A stretch of DNA of 64,000 nucleotides from Candidatus Iainarchaeum sp. (GTDB lineage: Archaea; Iainarchaeota; Iainarchaeia; Iainarchaeales; UBA10219), in NCBI GenBank assembly GCA_018304425.1, contig JAGVWE010000002.1, positions 438,437-502,436 of the forward strand, written 5' to 3'. Made by a program: the position numbers and the translations under genes. Below, in pieces: positions 46,731 through 55,465 of this stretch. Numbering within the stretch: position 1 is the stretch's first letter; each line of letters opens with the position of its first letter. The notes beneath the pieces are model-generated. The model was not told the DNA's origin. It did no database searches and saw only the letters and a list, made by a program, of their open reading frames with translations.

Positions 46731-48419
46731 TCACTGGCCTCCCCTGGGTTTGAGGAAGCCCAGGAAGCCCTTGGCCTCCGTGGGCGGCTTCGGCGTTCCC
46801 GTTGCCGGCGCGGGCACCGGTTGTGTGGCCGCCTGCCGGGCCGCCACGGCTTCCTCGAGTTTTTGGACTTCGGTTGCCTCAATCTTTTCCCCGGCCGCCT
46901 TTTCCTCGGCTGCCAGGAAGCCCGGCCGCTTGCCGTCGAGCACGGCCTGGATTACTTCCTGGGGCTCCATGTAGTACATGGCCATGACTTTTCCCACGTC
47001 ATTGATTTTGCGGATGCCGAATTTCACTATCCAGTCCAGGATGGCTTTCTTGAGCTTGAGTTCGCGGTTGAGTTCGGCGGGGCTCAGCCCGGTGTGCAGG
47101 TTGAGTTCGTCGAACAACCTTAGACTCTCACTGTACTTGGAGATAATATCCCCCACCGGCTTCCACCGGAACAGGATGTTGGGTTTGATGGTGTCCTCGT
47201 TTTCTCCGCCGGCTTTCTCGGAAATGAATTCCGCGAGTTGCAGCATCCGCCGCGTGCCCAGCCTCCGGTTCCTGAACATGACCACGTTGAGGTGCACGGA
47301 GTCCAGCATCGTGCTCGGTATCTCGATGGGGGGATTGGTCAACCGTCGAATGGTTTCCGCCGCGGTGTTCGCGTGCACGGTCGTGTACACGCTGTGCCCG
47401 GTGTGCATGGCCTCGAACATGACTTCGGCTTCCCGTTGCCTTCGGACTTCGCCTACAATGATTCTATCCGGCCGCATCCGCAAGCTGTTCACCAGCAGGT
47501 CGAGCATGCTGACCCCGCCCTTTCCCTCGGGGTTGGGTTCCCGCGTGGTCATGGGCACCCAGTGCAGGTAGTCCGGGAGCTGGAGTTCCCTTGTGTCCTC
47601 AATGGATAGGATGCGTTGGTTGGGCTGGATGAAGGGCATGCACACGTTGAGGAAGGAGGTCTTTCCCGAGCCAGTGCCTCCCGACACGATGATGTTCATC
47701 TCGTATTCGATGGCCAGCCAAATCAAGGCCATGGACTCGCTGTTCACGGTTTTCGCGTTGATGAAGTCGGTCACCGTCCACGGCTCGCGCCTGAACCGCC
47801 GAATCGTTATCGTGTTGCCGTGCGTGGAAATGGGTTGGAGGGTGGCGTTCGCCCTATCCCCCGACACGAGGTGCGCGTCCAGCAAGGGGTTCAAGATGGT
47901 TATCTGCTTGCCGACTCTCCTCGCAATGATGCTGGCATAGTTCTGGATGTCCGCCTCGGACTCGATGGCGATGTTGGTTTTCAGCCAACCGTACTTCTTG
48001 TGGTAGACCCAGAGGGGTTCCCGGGAGGAGTTGACCACGATTTCTTCGAGGTTGCCGTCGCTCAACAGGAACTCTATTTCGCCGATGCCCAGCATTTGCT
48101 GTAAGAGCAGCCCCACCAGCACTTCCCGTACCTTGGCGCTCGTCGTGGGCAACTCGCGTTCCAACGCCGTCCGCGCCTTTTTCCCGAACTCGTCCTTGAG
48201 TTGCGCGACGAACCGCGCGTCCATGCTTTTCTCGGGGGAAATCCGGGCCTCGGTGATGATGCGGTTCTTTAAATCGTTCAAGAGGGCCCGGGTCCCCTGC
48301 CCAAACTCGGGCACGCTCAAGTGGTAGATGCGGACGAACTCGTCTTCCTTGGCCACGACGTTCACTTCGAGCGTGATGTGGTCGGACTCTATTTCGTAGG
48401 ATTCAAGGACTTTGACCAT
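46731..48419 (-). CDS. Type IV pilus assembly ATPase (CpaF/VirB11/FlaI family)
   Basis: GGTGSGKT, SIEDTREL, LRMRPDRIIVGEVR, AMHTGH...TVHA. Confidence 0.95.
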   Translation of the reverse strand: MVKVLESYEIESDHITLEVNVVAKEDEFVRIYHLSVPEFGQGTRALLNDLKNRIITEARISPEKSMDARFVAQLKDEFGKKARTALERELPTTSAKVREVLVGLLLQQMLGIGEIEFLLSDGNLEEIVVNSSREPLWVYHKKYGWLKTNIAIESEADIQNYASIIARRVGKQITILNPLLDAHLVSGDRANATLQPISTHGNTITIRRFRREPWTVTDFINAKTVNSESMALIWLAIEYEMNIIVSGGTGSGKTSFLNVCMPFIQPNQRILSIEDTRELQLPDYLHWVPMTTREPNPEGKGGVSMLDLLVNSLRMRPDRIIVGEVRRQREAEVMFEAMHTGHSVYTTVHANTAAETIRRLTNPPIEIPSTMLDSVHLNVVMFRNRRLGTRRMLQLAEFISEKAGGENEDTIKPNILFRWKPVGDIISKYSESLRLFDELNLHTGLSPAELNRELKLKKAILDWIVKFGIRKINDVGKVMAMYYMEPQEVIQAVLDGKRPGFLAAEEKAAGEKIEATEVQKLEEAVAARQAATQPVPAPATGTPKPPTEAKGFLGFLKPRGGQ

Positions 48420-48421
48420 GT

Positions 48422-49537
48422 TCAGCCTTCCTCGGTTTCCTTGGCCTTCTTGTAGACCACGATGGGCGCGCCAATGGGGGGATAGACTATTTCGATGAGG
48501 CCACTGTCTTCCAGGGTCTTCACGTGTTCCATGATTTGGGTTCGCTCCACGTGCAAGGCGTTCGCCATTTCCAGGATCTTGGCCTTGTTGTGGGCCCGCA
48601 GGTAGTTGAGTATCTTGTCGTAGTCCGTGACAATCCGGTGTCTTTCGATGTCCTTCATGACGGACTTGATTTCCTCTTTTTTCTTGAGGTTGGCGAGTTC
48701 CCGGAAGTCAATGCCCTCGCTTTCCGTCTGGGTTTCTTCCTTGGCCGGATGGTAACTGATTTTCTGGACTTCATCGGTCAGTTGCCCGGCCTTTTCCGTG
48801 ATTTCCTTTCCCTCGGGCAGGGAGTGGAGTTCGCCGAGCACGCCCTTGCGTTCTTCTTCGGTGAGCGGTTCGGGTTCCACTTCATGGGCTTCCGCGGCCC
48901 GTAGCACCTTTTCTTCGGCTTCCCGTAACTCGGCTTCCGAGAGCTTGGGGTGCTCGGCCAGCATGCGCTCGAGCTTGCTGTGACCGCGTTCCTCGTCGGC
49001 CGCCACAGGTTCAGCTTGCATGGGCGGAGGGGCAACGGTTTTCCCTGCCCCGGTTCGGGGCCCCATCGCGGCTTCGGTTGCCGCCACCGCTTTTTTCGGG
49101 GGCCTCGCGAGCTCCGGGTGTGTTTCCGTCAACCGCTCCAATTCCTTTAACAGTTCTTCTTCGTGCTTCCGCTCGGCTTCGATGAGTCCCCGGATGGCTT
49201 TCATGGTTTCCCGGATTTTCTCCGCGTCCTCGTGCTCGCCCTCGCTTTGCGCGAACTCCGCGGCCCGGGCATGCCAGTCCTGCTCTCGTTCCAGGGTCTC
49301 CAGGCCCGCCCGCTTTTGTTCCAGGGCCCCGCTCACGATTTCATGCCGTTCCCCTGGTTGCTTGGCCGCAAACCCCGGGCCCAAAACCGTTTCCTTGGCC
49401 CCGAGACCGGCCGGCGTTTGGGGCACCGGAACCGGTTCCCTTTCCCGGGCCTCACTGGCCGGGGCCTGAACCGCTGCCGGCTTGCCTTTTGGCCCCAGCA
49501 ACCGCTTTAACCCGTCAAAAAAGCCGTTCTCGTTCAT
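48422..49537 (-). CDS. Acidic coiled-coil protein with C-terminal winged-helix-like domain, first gene of the pilus operon
   Basis: E/A/P-rich body; IVTDYDKILNYL...EMANALHV...VKTLEDSGLIEIVYP. Confidence 0.7.
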   Translation of the reverse strand: MNENGFFDGLKRLLGPKGKPAAVQAPASEAREREPVPVPQTPAGLGAKETVLGPGFAAKQPGERHEIVSGALEQKRAGLETLEREQDWHARAAEFAQSEGEHEDAEKIRETMKAIRGLIEAERKHEEELLKELERLTETHPELARPPKKAVAATEAAMGPRTGAGKTVAPPPMQAEPVAADEERGHSKLERMLAEHPKLSEAELREAEEKVLRAAEAHEVEPEPLTEEERKGVLGELHSLPEGKEITEKAGQLTDEVQKISYHPAKEETQTESEGIDFRELANLKKKEEIKSVMKDIERHRIVTDYDKILNYLRAHNKAKILEMANALHVERTQIMEHVKTLEDSGLIEIVYPPIGAPIVVYKKAKETEEG

Positions 49538-49621
49538 CCTGTTCCCACATTAAATGGGTTTTCTGCTTTAAATACCTATTCCTGGCGCGCTCCGTTAAAA
49601 TAGCATTATCGGCCGTAGGCC

Positions 49622-50077
49622 TCACAGCGTAGATGGCGGGAAGACATAGCGTATTGGTTTTGCCGGCACAGCCCCTGCAAGAAGGTCGGAAACCGACAAG
49701 ACTTTGACGCGGTGTTGCTTGCGAAACCCCTTGTCATAGGACCACAGCGGGAGTTTCCGCGCCAGGGCCAGCGCCAAATAGGGCGCGTCTTCTCCGTGGG
49801 CAGCCAGGCGCAGCGCCTGGGGCAAGAAAGCGGCGTATTCCTTTTCCGGGACTGCAGTTAGGGCTGCCAGCAGGGAACCGGCAACCTGTTGCGCCTGTTC
49901 TTTGCCCACCTTGATTTTTTTGGCGCATTCCCGGTCGGTTTGCAGGTGCCGCGAGAATTCGACCAGCAAATGTTCCGGCGCGAGGAACGAGTGCCGGGGG
50001 TCAAGCAAGGGCTTGCGGGTGATGGAATCCTTGAGCAGGGCGGACAATAGGATGTTCGCGTCGACGACGGCCCGCAT
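49622..50077 (-). CDS. vapC: PIN-domain toxin (VapC)
   Basis: VVDANIL, VEF, EDAPYLALA, WSYDK; acidic active-site residues present. Confidence 0.9.
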   Translation of the reverse strand: MRAVVDANILLSALLKDSITRKPLLDPRHSFLAPEHLLVEFSRHLQTDRECAKKIKVGKEQAQQVAGSLLAALTAVPEKEYAAFLPQALRLAAHGEDAPYLALALARKLPLWSYDKGFRKQHRVKVLSVSDLLAGAVPAKPIRYVFPPSTL

Positions 50078-50080
50078 GGG

Positions 50081-50312
50081 TTAATGCCCCGCATGCCTTT
50101 GCCAAGCCTCTTTCTTGAGTTGCACGGCCATTTTCTCGATGTCCTGCTCGGTCAATTCGCTGTTCCGAAGCAAGTCGTCAAGCGTTTTGAGGGCCTTGAG
50201 CCGCTTTAGCTTTTCCTGCAAAAAGCGCCGCGTCTCTTCGGACCAGTTCACTTCCTTGAACGCGGCGAGTTCCTGTTTGACTTTGACTGGAATGGCAACC
50301 GTGAAGTCGCAT
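50081..50312 (-). pseudogene. RHH-type antitoxin (VapB-like) with its start codon out of frame
   Basis: Not in the ORF track. The frame reads DFTVAIPVKVKQELAAFKEVNWSEETRRFLQEKL...SELTEQD; ATG at 50312 is one base out of frame (ATG C GAC TTC). Confidence 0.75.
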
Positions 50313-50422
50313 GGGCCAAATGAATCCCTCCTTACGGTTTACACTAAAATTAATAATTACACGAACTTATTTTAAAGCTTGTGGGCGGGTAGGGTGCGTG
50401 GAAAGGCAAGCCCTAAAACAGT

Positions 50423-51073
50423 TTACGCCGCGTCCGCGTCTCTCCTGGCTTGCTCGTTGCAGGCAGCCGCTTGGTTGGGGTCGAGGAACTTGTTGCAGAG
50501 CTTGGCGGCCTTGGTTTGCTCGAAGACCTGCCAATAGCATTGGTCTCGGTGGAACCGGAAGTGGTCCTTGTCGATGGCTTCTTCCGTGATGTACGCGCAG
50601 GCCGCCTCGTTGGCGGTGTCCTTGGCTATGCTCCTATAACAGTCGTTTTTGCTGTACTGGTCTTGGGGGCTTGCAGTGGACATCAACGCGCAGGGCTCGA
50701 ATTTCTTGGACAGCAGGGCCACGGTCTTGTAACAGGAGTCTCTAGTGGGAACATGCTGGATGCCCTGGCAGAAGTCCGGGTTCAGGGCGTCAATGGCGGT
50801 GTTCCGCAGGCACCGCATCCGGGTCTTGGCGTTGAGTTCCTCGCATAGCTTGGGGTAATGGCCTTGCACCGCTAATTGCTCGATGCACTCCTGTTGCTTG
50901 GAGTAAGTGAGGTTCTGGCACCGGGTGAGGGGGTCAAAGGCCGAGGCCTGTTCTTCGGGGGGCACATAGGCTTTTTCCTTGCCCGCCCCGCTTGCCGGGG
51001 GCTGCACGCAGCCCCACAATAGAACCAGCAGCGCCAGTCCCAGTCCAACCGAAATCCAGGTAGCCCGGTCCAT
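50423..51073 (-). CDS. Lipoprotein with Cys-paired helical repeats
   Basis: Lipobox LLWGC; RDSCYKTVA, KNDCYRSIA, RDQCYWQVF; same repeat type as 28449-29837. Confidence 0.82.
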   Translation of the reverse strand: MDRATWISVGLGLALLVLLWGCVQPPASGAGKEKAYVPPEEQASAFDPLTRCQNLTYSKQQECIEQLAVQGHYPKLCEELNAKTRMRCLRNTAIDALNPDFCQGIQHVPTRDSCYKTVALLSKKFEPCALMSTASPQDQYSKNDCYRSIAKDTANEAACAYITEEAIDKDHFRFHRDQCYWQVFEQTKAAKLCNKFLDPNQAAACNEQARRDADAA

Positions 51074-51108
51074 GCACTAAAGGGGTCCACAAAATTATTT
51101 AAGGGTTT

Positions 51109-51129
51109 GGCTTTTGTTAGGCAAAAGCC
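51109..51129. repeat. Degenerate copy of the REP-like hairpin
   Basis: ggcttttg-ttagg-caaaagcc in a divergent promoter region. Confidence 0.45.
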
Positions 51130-51208
51130 CCCTCTAAACTCGGCCGTAAGCTTAATATATTTGAAGTCGTTAATATAACGGCTTGCGGGAGTGCCATCGG
51201 GGGTTTCC

Positions 51209-54046
51209 ATGTCTAGGGCGCAGATTTCCACGGAATACGTTTTCATGGTGGCCTTTCTCCTCCTGATTGTCGGCATCATGTTCGTGTTCTCGATGCAGAC
51301 CGCCCAGGAAACCATTTCCGCCAACCTCGTGGCCAATTCCCTCAATTCCTTGGAGAAGACCATTGGAGAGGTCTATGCCTTGGGCCCGGACACCCAGTTG
51401 TACACCGAAATCGACTTGCCGGATTCCCTCGTGGACTCCACGGTCTCGGGTTACTCGTATGGCTTCAAAGTCAATTCCTTGAGCGGGGAAAGCAATCTCT
51501 TGACCGAGGCCAAGGCCGAGCTGGTGGGGACGCTGCCCACGACTTCGGGCCGGCACCTGGTGCGCGTGCGCATGCGCTCGGACGGCAAAATCGAGTTGGG
51601 CAAGGGCCTCCGCATCGCGCCCGTGAAGCAGAGCGTGAGCCTCTTCCCAGGCCAAAGCGCTTCCATGGACTTCGTGGCCTTCAACGAAACCTATGACTCG
51701 CTTTCCGTGGACGAGCTCTGGGTCGGGCACCAGTACAAGCAGAACAACATCCTCGTGCAGTTAGTTGATTCGGGCAACACCGTGTTATGCGACCAATGCT
51801 TCCAGTCCACTTCCTTGGCCAGCCCCATCAGCATAGCATCCGGGGACGACTTTGCCTTCACGGCCAACGTCTCCATTCCAACAGGCACCGCGTCGACTTC
51901 CAGGGCCGGGCCCAACTACCTGCGCGCCTCCAACGGCATCGAAGGCGAATATGATTTCACGGTCACAGTCCTCGAAGAACTCGGCGACGTGGACATCGAC
52001 CTCTCAACTCCCCCCATTTCCCCGGCCGGGAACCCCTCCAACAAGAGCACCCTCTACTTTGCTGACGCTTTCCCCCCGGAAACCCTTTACCTAGCGGGAG
52101 CCCAGCAAGAGCAACGCGGCCAGATAGTCGTGAACATCTCGGCCTTGAACCAGGCTGGCCAGCCCGCGAACATCAAGCAAGCCATCCAGTTGTTCCAAAT
52201 CATTGACCCCAATGGCGTCGTGGTCGTGGAGTTGACCGGCCTCGACATCCCCTTCAGTTACACGTATACAACGACTTTAAGCAGTCCAGTAGGCACGTAC
52301 ACCGTGCACGTGGAAACCGACCCCACCAAGACCAAGAACGCGGTCACCAAGGACAGCACCTTTGAGCTCACGGCAGCCAACATCTCCATGCGGGAATGCT
52401 TTGAATTCCAGTGGCTGAACACCGCCATTTCCTCGGATGGCCTGCGGTTGAACGACTGGCTCATGCGGAACGCGTGCACCAGCGACCCCATCAACATCAC
52501 GCAGATGGCTATTGACATCCAGAACGACCAGGACGGAGTCCTGATACGAAACGTTTACTTTGGTGGAATCCCCGTGTTCGGCGAAGCCACGGGCGCGCCT
52601 CCCCAGTCGCCTCCGGCCCCGTTCCCGATTGTGGGCGCGAACCTGCAGCCGCCCTACTCCTTGCCGGCCAGCACCACGATTTCCGCCAACAACAAGCTGG
52701 AGGTCACGCATCCGGCCCTCAACGACGAAGGCGAGGTCATTACTTTTACGTTCTACTTCCAGGACGGCAGCCAAGCCTATGTCACCGTGCCGCCCTTCAG
52801 CGCCCCGCCCATGAACGACGCGGACTGCATTGCCGTGGACATGAGTTCCACGAAGTTCACGGGAACCCTGCCGGCCGGCTCCGAGTTCGGCGGCTTCACA
52901 ATTGCCAACAACTGTGAAAAACCGGTAACGATTGTTTCGACCATGGTTTCCCTGGCCAAGGACCCCAACAACGCCACCCAAATCATTAAACTCAATTACC
53001 TGGGCAGCGATGCCTGGACCGGGAGTGCCCTGCCCAGCCAAACCATCGTGCATTCCCCCGTGGTCATTCCCAGCAAGAGCAGCTGGACCAACCACGCCAT
53101 CACCACCAGCCAGCAGATAAGCGTCTCAGGCCAGTCCATTACCCTCACCTTCGGCTTTCCTTCGGGCCCCACCTATACGAGCCCGGCATGGCAGCCCAAC
53201 CTCAACCTGCAATCGGTTTGCCTGGTCATCAGCCACGGCAACCAGCCGCTGGGCACGCACCAGGAGAGCTGGGCCACGACCAACGACGTGGTGGCGGACT
53301 TTTCCCTGACCAATACCTGTCCCTTTCCCATTCAAGTCATTGGCTTGATGGCCAACGCCAACAACAATCCCACGCCTACCACCCTGACCCTAGTGCACCT
53401 GGACTCCGGGGTCGTTGCAATGCCCCAGTGGCAGACGGGAAACCCGGGCACACCCATGCCGTTCTCGCCGCCCTCCAATCCCCTCAACATCCTGTCCGGT
53501 GCCACCATTACTTCCAACGACTTGCAGTTCAATGCCTCGCTGATGCCGCCCTTCTATTTGACGGGCACCGTGATGATGGCGGACAACAGCCAGAAAAGCT
53601 TCCCCCCTTGGCCGCAAACCAACATGACGGCGGCCAACTGCCTGACCGGCTTCTCCAACGGGACCTGGGACACGAGTGGCACTACCTACACGGGCACCAA
53701 CCTCACCAACCCCTGCAGCACATCCATCACCATCCAGACCATCACGGTCAACGACGGCTCGGGCAACGCGGGCTGGAAGGCAACCACCGTCAACTTCGGG
53801 GGCGGGGCCACGGAATACTTTGACGCGGCGGGCACGGGCAGCCCGGCTTCCCTGGACATCACGGACTTCACCATTCAAGGCAACGGTTCCGCCACCGGCA
53901 ATTCCCTGGCCTTTTCATCCAGCAGCAGCGTGGAATGCAAGACCATAACCGTTGACTTCCAGTTGGCGGATTCGACCGGCGCCGTCTCGGTGTTGCCCGG
54001 CATCTCCATTGCGCCCTCCAGCAACCCGGCTTGCTCGGGAGGATAA
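51209..54046 (+). CDS. Large pilin-like protein (class III signal peptide) with four tandem Cys-containing beta domains
   Basis: SRAQ-ISTEYVFMVAFLLLIV; repeats ECF...RNAC, DCI...NNC, VCL...TNTC, NCL...TNPC. Confidence 0.8.
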   Translation: MSRAQISTEYVFMVAFLLLIVGIMFVFSMQTAQETISANLVANSLNSLEKTIGEVYALGPDTQLYTEIDLPDSLVDSTVSGYSYGFKVNSLSGESNLLTEAKAELVGTLPTTSGRHLVRVRMRSDGKIELGKGLRIAPVKQSVSLFPGQSASMDFVAFNETYDSLSVDELWVGHQYKQNNILVQLVDSGNTVLCDQCFQSTSLASPISIASGDDFAFTANVSIPTGTASTSRAGPNYLRASNGIEGEYDFTVTVLEELGDVDIDLSTPPISPAGNPSNKSTLYFADAFPPETLYLAGAQQEQRGQIVVNISALNQAGQPANIKQAIQLFQIIDPNGVVVVELTGLDIPFSYTYTTTLSSPVGTYTVHVETDPTKTKNAVTKDSTFELTAANISMRECFEFQWLNTAISSDGLRLNDWLMRNACTSDPINITQMAIDIQNDQDGVLIRNVYFGGIPVFGEATGAPPQSPPAPFPIVGANLQPPYSLPASTTISANNKLEVTHPALNDEGEVITFTFYFQDGSQAYVTVPPFSAPPMNDADCIAVDMSSTKFTGTLPAGSEFGGFTIANNCEKPVTIVSTMVSLAKDPNNATQIIKLNYLGSDAWTGSALPSQTIVHSPVVIPSKSSWTNHAITTSQQISVSGQSITLTFGFPSGPTYTSPAWQPNLNLQSVCLVISHGNQPLGTHQESWATTNDVVADFSLTNTCPFPIQVIGLMANANNNPTPTTLTLVHLDSGVVAMPQWQTGNPGTPMPFSPPSNPLNILSGATITSNDLQFNASLMPPFYLTGTVMMADNSQKSFPPWPQTNMTAANCLTGFSNGTWDTSGTTYTGTNLTNPCSTSITIQTITVNDGSGNAGWKATTVNFGGGATEYFDAAGTGSPASLDITDFTIQGNGSATGNSLAFSSSSSVECKTITVDFQLADSTGAVSVLPGISIAPSSNPACSGG

Positions 54047-54051
54047 CGTTT

Positions 54052-54471
54052 ATGCACGAAAAAACGCTTTTGCACGAAAACCGGAAGGCCCAGGCCAGCA
54101 CGGAGACCCTCATCATCATCGGCATCCTCATGGTGTTGTTCACGATTGTCCTGGTCTACTACTCGGAGAACGAGCGGTTCGTGAGGGACTTGCGGTTGCC
54201 CTGGGAAAAGGAAATCGAGTGCGAAAAATACGCTGAAATCCTGTCCAGCATCTACAACAAGGGCCACGGCGCGGAATGGTCGGGAACCCTGGACAAGAAG
54301 CTCTTCATCGGCGACAACCTCATCTACCTGTATGACCTGGACAAGACCATCAGCGATTCCGTGCTATGCAACCACTTTGCCAAGCTCTACAACAGTTACA
54401 CGGCAACCGGCAACGTGACCTTTGCCAACGTGGGAGGGAGGGTGGCCATCCTTGGCAACAGCGTCGTTTAA
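54052..54471 (+). CDS. Pilin-like protein (class III signal peptide)
   Basis: RKAQ-ASTETLIIIGILMVLF; GGAGGA SD before ATG 54052. Confidence 0.85.
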   Translation: MHEKTLLHENRKAQASTETLIIIGILMVLFTIVLVYYSENERFVRDLRLPWEKEIECEKYAEILSSIYNKGHGAEWSGTLDKKLFIGDNLIYLYDLDKTISDSVLCNHFAKLYNSYTATGNVTFANVGGRVAILGNSVV

Positions 54472-55015
54472 GGCGAACCAGCGGTTGGGCCGGCGCGGCC
54501 AAATCGTGAGCTACGACATCTACCTAGCCGTCTTCGTCTTCCTGATACTGTTCGGCGCCATGTACTTGTTGTGGCAGGGCAACCTCAAGCACCTCGACCG
54601 CGAACGGAGGATACTGGAAATGAAGTACACTGCAGTCCAAGTGGCCGACTACCTGGTCTCCAGCCCCGGCAACCCCGTGGACTGGGAAGTCAACCTGGAC
54701 CCCACCGCCGTGGGCCTGGCCAGCGAGCGGCTGCTGTTATCGGAGTCCAAGGTGGCCAAGCTGCCGGGCCTCTACGAGGACGGCGTGCAAAAACTGGACT
54801 ATGCGATGGCCAAAAACTATTTGAACATCGCCAACTACGATTTCTACCTCAAAATCGAGTCCGGCTCCAGCCTCCTGTTCGAGTCCGGGAAAGCCAATGA
54901 CTCCGGCTTGTTCATAGTCTCCGAGTACCCCTTGAAGGAGGCGCGGATAGCCTATTCGAGGATGGTCCAGTACGACAACCAACCGGCCCTCTTGACCCTC
55001 ACCATTTATGGATGA
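54452..55015 (+). CDS. Pilin-like protein (class III signal peptide, Asp at +5)
   Basis: RRGQ-IVSYDIYLAVFVFLIL; LVSSPGNPVDWE...GLA; probable TTG start after GGAGGG. Confidence 0.82.
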   Translation: MATASFKANQRLGRRGQIVSYDIYLAVFVFLILFGAMYLLWQGNLKHLDRERRILEMKYTAVQVADYLVSSPGNPVDWEVNLDPTAVGLASERLLLSESKVAKLPGLYEDGVQKLDYAMAKNYLNIANYDFYLKIESGSSLLFESGKANDSGLFIVSEYPLKEARIAYSRMVQYDNQPALLTLTIYG

Positions 55016-55021
55016 AAGCCC

Positions 55022-55465
55022 ATGACGCCAACCAAAACCAGGGGATATGTTTTCAGCGCCGACATCATCCTAGCCGTCATCGTCTTCATCCTCTTGTTCG
55101 CCGCCATGCAGTACTCGTTGACCGAACCCGAGGCCAGCGGCGTTGAAACCCTGCAGATGCGGCAAATCATGGATGACCTGCTCTCGTTGCTGGACCGGGA
55201 CCAAGTCCTCCAGTCCTTCAACGAGTCCACGATTTCAGCCGCGGTCAACGAGGCCCTGCCGGCCCGCTTTGACTACAAGATGTCCATCGAGAAGTGGAGC
55301 GTGAGCGGGGAAACCCAGGTGCTGGTCAGCGAAATGGAGTTCGGGAACACGGAGGCAGACCTGTCCGACCTCGAATTCGTGAAAGGCAGAAGGACGTTCG
55401 TGAAGACATCCCTCACCGGCATCGACAGCTACTACAACCTCGAGTACCGGATGTGGCTCAAATGA
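55022..55465 (+). CDS. Pilin-like protein (class III signal peptide)
   Basis: TRG-YVFSADIILAVIVFILL; DDLLSLLD; C-terminal MWLK. Confidence 0.82.
   Translation: MTPTKTRGYVFSADIILAVIVFILLFAAMQYSLTEPEASGVETLQMRQIMDDLLSLLDRDQVLQSFNESTISAAVNEALPARFDYKMSIEKWSVSGETQVLVSEMEFGNTEADLSDLEFVKGRRTFVKTSLTGIDSYYNLEYRMWLK

Noticed and set aside
44830-48419. Archaellum (arlI/arlJ) operon
   Set aside because: No archaellin or arlF/G/H genes; two separate platform genes fit an adhesive type IV pilus.
55294-55461. N-terminal 56-aa extension of the giant ORF
   Set aside because: Overlaps the upstream pilin-like gene; ATG 55462 gives an ATGA coupling and a proper signal peptide.
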